NCBI GenBank assembly: GCA_018715625.1
Contig: DVLG01000054.1
Coordinates: forward strand, 4,160-68,159
Direction of reading: 5' to 3'
Source: Candidatus Scatovivens faecipullorum
Lineage (GTDB): Bacteria > Bacillota > Clostridia > TANB77 > CAG-508
Length of the DNA stretch: 64,000 nt
The translations under genes were made by a program, and so were the position numbers. The notes under the pieces are model-generated. The model was not told where the DNA came from, ran no database searches, and worked only from the letters and a program-made list of their open reading frames with translations. Of the stretch, positions 61,428-64,000 are shown one piece after another. Positions within the stretch are counted from its first letter, which is position 1. Every line of letters begins with the position of its first letter.

Positions 61428-61499
61428 TTTCTTCTCCTACATAATTATTTTAACAAAAAAAAATTTAGATAACAAGTTATCTAAATTTTTCTATAAATA

Positions 61500-62645
61500 T
61501 TACACATCATAAAAATCAACATCTTCTGATTTTTTCTTTAAATATTCATCTTTATAAACTAAAGTCTTATCTTCAAAATCAAGTCTAGCAAATTCATATG
61601 GTGTAATGCCTCTTCTAGCTTTGAAGAAAGTAGAAAGTTTATCTGCATCAATCTTTTCAAATTCATAACTTTCAAATAATTTTCTCTTTCTTGACTTTTG
61701 TGGTAAATTATCAAAATAATCTTTATCTCTTTTTATTGCTTTTCGTATCTCTTCTGCTGGATTTAATCCTTGCTTATCAATATTTCTATATCTATATCCT
61801 AACCAAAATGGATACACTTTTCCCATTACATTTGAATTTTCTTTTACTGTTTCTATATCTAAATAACTTCTCCCAGTTAAACTACTATATATCTCTTTAT
61901 CTGTTAAAAACTTAATAAATGCATGAAAGCTTTCTTTTTCATCTCTTGTCATTGATGGAGTATATGGAAGCATTGGTTGATGTACTGCTTGATGTGTTAA
62001 ATAAGCAAGAATCTTACTTGGATTTCTTTCTCCTCTTTTTCCAAAAAATGAATAAGTTTTATTATCTGATACTGGACAGCTTCTATGTGTATCTATATTT
62101 GGATACATTACATATACATTTACTTTTCCAACATTTTTTGGTGTATAACTCCCTAATATTCCTTTGATATGTTTCATAATTCTTGATTCATTAGCTTTCC
62201 AAAGTCTCTCTATAGAATTTTTATATTCAATAGTTTCATCTAAAATAGGTTTTATCTCTGATGATCTATGTAAATTTTCTAAATCTTCTATAAAGCCATC
62301 CATTTCTAGTAATTCTTCATCTGAAATATCATATTCATATTTCATTCTAGATTTTAACATATCTTTATAAGATTCAGTTTCAGAAAGTGGTGAAAGTGGT
62401 ACAATCCCACCAAAGAAATTTCCATTTTGATATATTAGCTTTCTATTTCCAAAAACTTCTTTATGTCTTCCCATAAATTTTATTATTGCTGGTGAAGATT
62501 CAATTATACCTTTTTCCTTATATAATTCTTTCTTTTGTTCATCATTTCTCGAAGCAAGTCTTCCTAGTATCTCCCCATTTAACATATTGTATACTATAGC
62601 ATGTCTGTTTACTGAAAAACTCATATTAGATTGTGTTTGCGACAT
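61500..62645 (-). CDS. Hypothetical protein, 381 aa
   Basis: Long ORF with an AGGAGG RBS. No recognisable family. Confidence 0.45.
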   Translation of the reverse strand: MSQTQSNMSFSVNRHAIVYNMLNGEILGRLASRNDEQKKELYKEKGIIESSPAIIKFMGRHKEVFGNRKLIYQNGNFFGGIVPLSPLSETESYKDMLKSRMKYEYDISDEELLEMDGFIEDLENLHRSSEIKPILDETIEYKNSIERLWKANESRIMKHIKGILGSYTPKNVGKVNVYVMYPNIDTHRSCPVSDNKTYSFFGKRGERNPSKILAYLTHQAVHQPMLPYTPSMTRDEKESFHAFIKFLTDKEIYSSLTGRSYLDIETVKENSNVMGKVYPFWLGYRYRNIDKQGLNPAEEIRKAIKRDKDYFDNLPQKSRKRKLFESYEFEKIDADKLSTFFKARRGITPYEFARLDFEDKTLVYKDEYLKKKSEDVDFYDV

Positions 62646-62995
62646 ATATTCCTCCTATATATGTAATTACATTTATAGATTTTTAAAGTCTTTATGACCT
62701 TTTTTCATAAGTATATATTCTGGCATAATTTTGAGTTCAAAGTTTTTAGTGACACTCAACAAGTATATTTTATCACAAATTGTGAAGATAATAAATAGTT
62801 TTTTGTAATTTTTATGTGAAATTATGTATTTTTTTCAAAATTTTACAAATTATATTACTAAGAATTTCTAAAATTTATTTATTTTTATTAATTTTCCAAA
62901 TAGTTTATATAATAAAAAATTTAAATAACTTTCTTACTTATATATAACAAAAATTAATATTCTAATAATTATAAAACAAAAAGGAGATTTTTAAA

Positions 62996-63730
62996 GTGTT
63001 ATCAATATTTTCTATATCACTAAATGACTTTTTTAAAATATTTATCCTATCCGTAACTTCAGAATTATTTCTATTTGTACTTGCTAAATTTATGGGAAAT
63101 AAAGAAATGTCTCAACTTAGTATGTTTGATTATATTATAGGAATTACAATAGGGTCTATTGCAGCAGAAATGGCTACCTCTTTAGAAAATAATTTTATGG
63201 AACCTTTAATTGCTATGACTGTTTACGCTTCAATTTCATTTCTTATCTCTATTTTCTGCAATAAATCTATAAAATTTAGAAGATTTATTTATGGTAATTC
63301 TTTAATATTATTAGATAATGGCGAGTTTTATCGAGAAAATTTTAAAATAGCCAAATTAGATTTAAATGAATTTTTACTTCAATGTAGAACAAATGGTTTT
63401 TTTAACATTAATGATATTCAAACTGCTATATTAGAATCAAATGGAAAAATAAGTTTTTTACCCAAATCTTCTAAAAAACCTGCAACTTTAGAAGATTTAA
63501 ATATAAATCCTAATACTACTTCTGTTTTAACAAATGTTATATTAGATGGTCATGTGCTTTTAGAAAATCTAAATAAAACCGGAAATGATCTAGTTTGGTT
63601 AAATAAAGAAATTGCAAAACAAAAAATATCTGATATATCAGATATTTTTCTTGCAACTTGTGATAATAATAACAATCTTAGTATCTATACTAAAAAAAAT
63701 ATTTCAAATAACCGCGATTATTTTATATAA
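62996..63730 (+). CDS. DUF421 (YetF-like) membrane protein
   Basis: GTG start with an AAGGAGA RBS. Three N-terminal TM helices, then LLDNGEFYRENF...NDIQTAILESNGKISFLPK, typical of the YetF C-terminal domain. Confidence 0.65.
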   Translation: MLSIFSISLNDFFKIFILSVTSELFLFVLAKFMGNKEMSQLSMFDYIIGITIGSIAAEMATSLENNFMEPLIAMTVYASISFLISIFCNKSIKFRRFIYGNSLILLDNGEFYRENFKIAKLDLNEFLLQCRTNGFFNINDIQTAILESNGKISFLPKSSKKPATLEDLNINPNTTSVLTNVILDGHVLLENLNKTGNDLVWLNKEIAKQKISDISDIFLATCDNNNNLSIYTKKNISNNRDYFI

Positions 63731-63791
63731 ATTAAAGTTATTACAAATTTATTATACAAACTTTTGAATATAAATAATTAAAACTTATAAA

Positions 63792-64000
63792 TTATATATT
63801 GTAGAAAACTAAACTGCTAATATATATAAAATAACTTATAAGATATATATAACCCGAAACTCTTTCAATCTTATATTTTTCTCCAATAAATGGAACTATA
63901 AATAAAAATATCATTCCTATTAAAAATATCATTAAATCTTTATTAAAACTTACCGAATATGGGATAGGATTTATTATAGCCATTATTCCAACTATTAATA
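63792..64000 (-). CDS. C-terminal end of a polytopic membrane protein, tentatively Na+/Ca2+ antiporter (CaCA) family. The N-terminus is outside the window.
   Basis: The reading frame stays open to the window edge (...LIVGIMAIINPI...). The final TM helices resemble CaCA C-termini. Weak assignment. Confidence 0.3.
   Translation of the reverse strand, partial: LIVGIMAIINPIPYSVSFNKDLMIFLIGMIFLFIVPFIGEKYKIERVSGYIYLISYFIYISSLVFYNI

Noticed and set aside
1-64000. tRNA, rRNA or other classic structured RNA genes in the intergenic regions.
   Set aside because: I saw no GC-enriched cloverleaf-like or rRNA-like segments. The intergenic regions are short and AT-rich, with only the hairpins listed. A covariance-model scan (tRNAscan-SE or Infernal) would be needed to exclude small ncRNAs.

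Overview
Very AT-rich, gene-dense chromosomal window from a low-GC Gram-positive (Bacillota, Clostridia-like) bacterium using the standard genetic code. I call 51 CDS, and 45 of them are on the minus strand. I found no rRNA, tRNA, CRISPR array, transposase or integrase.

Reading the minus strand from right to left, the housekeeping backbone has five parts:
1. A division/cell-wall (dcw) cluster: mraZ, rsmH, ftsL, a frameshifted class B PBP, murE, mraY, ftsW and murG.
2. topA and trmFO.
3. The str operon: rpsL, rpsG, fusA and tuf.
4. plsX, acpP, rnc, a radical SAM gene, a YitT-family gene, ogg, a transglutaminase-like gene, addB, alr, pgeF and a family 4 UDG.
5. topB, murA, divIB and a DUF881 gene.

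About 10 genes I cannot assign to any family are threaded through this backbone, co-oriented with it. They encode proteins of 415, 1277, 998, 665, 1077, 65, 446, 76, 650 and 258 aa.
- Most are large, K/E/N-rich and look helical or coiled-coil.
- The 1277 and 998 aa proteins are paralogs that separate topA from trmFO.
- The 665/1077/65/446/76 aa set lies between trmFO and rpsL. It has its own sigma-A-like promoter, internal tandem repeats and a shared tail motif.

This set is my best candidate for an undescribed system, possibly structural or cytoskeletal. Its function cannot be read from the sequence.

Other notable items:
- A secreted papain-like protease with a dockerin, next to a cohesin-like protein carrying an IPYTG sorting signal.
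- A one-base frameshift immediately before the SxxK active site of the division PBP.
- An unusually long mraZ-rsmH spacer with nine TACAAAAGA direct repeats abutting a putative internal promoter.
- A textbook triple AAGTGG MraZ operator at 10-bp spacing.
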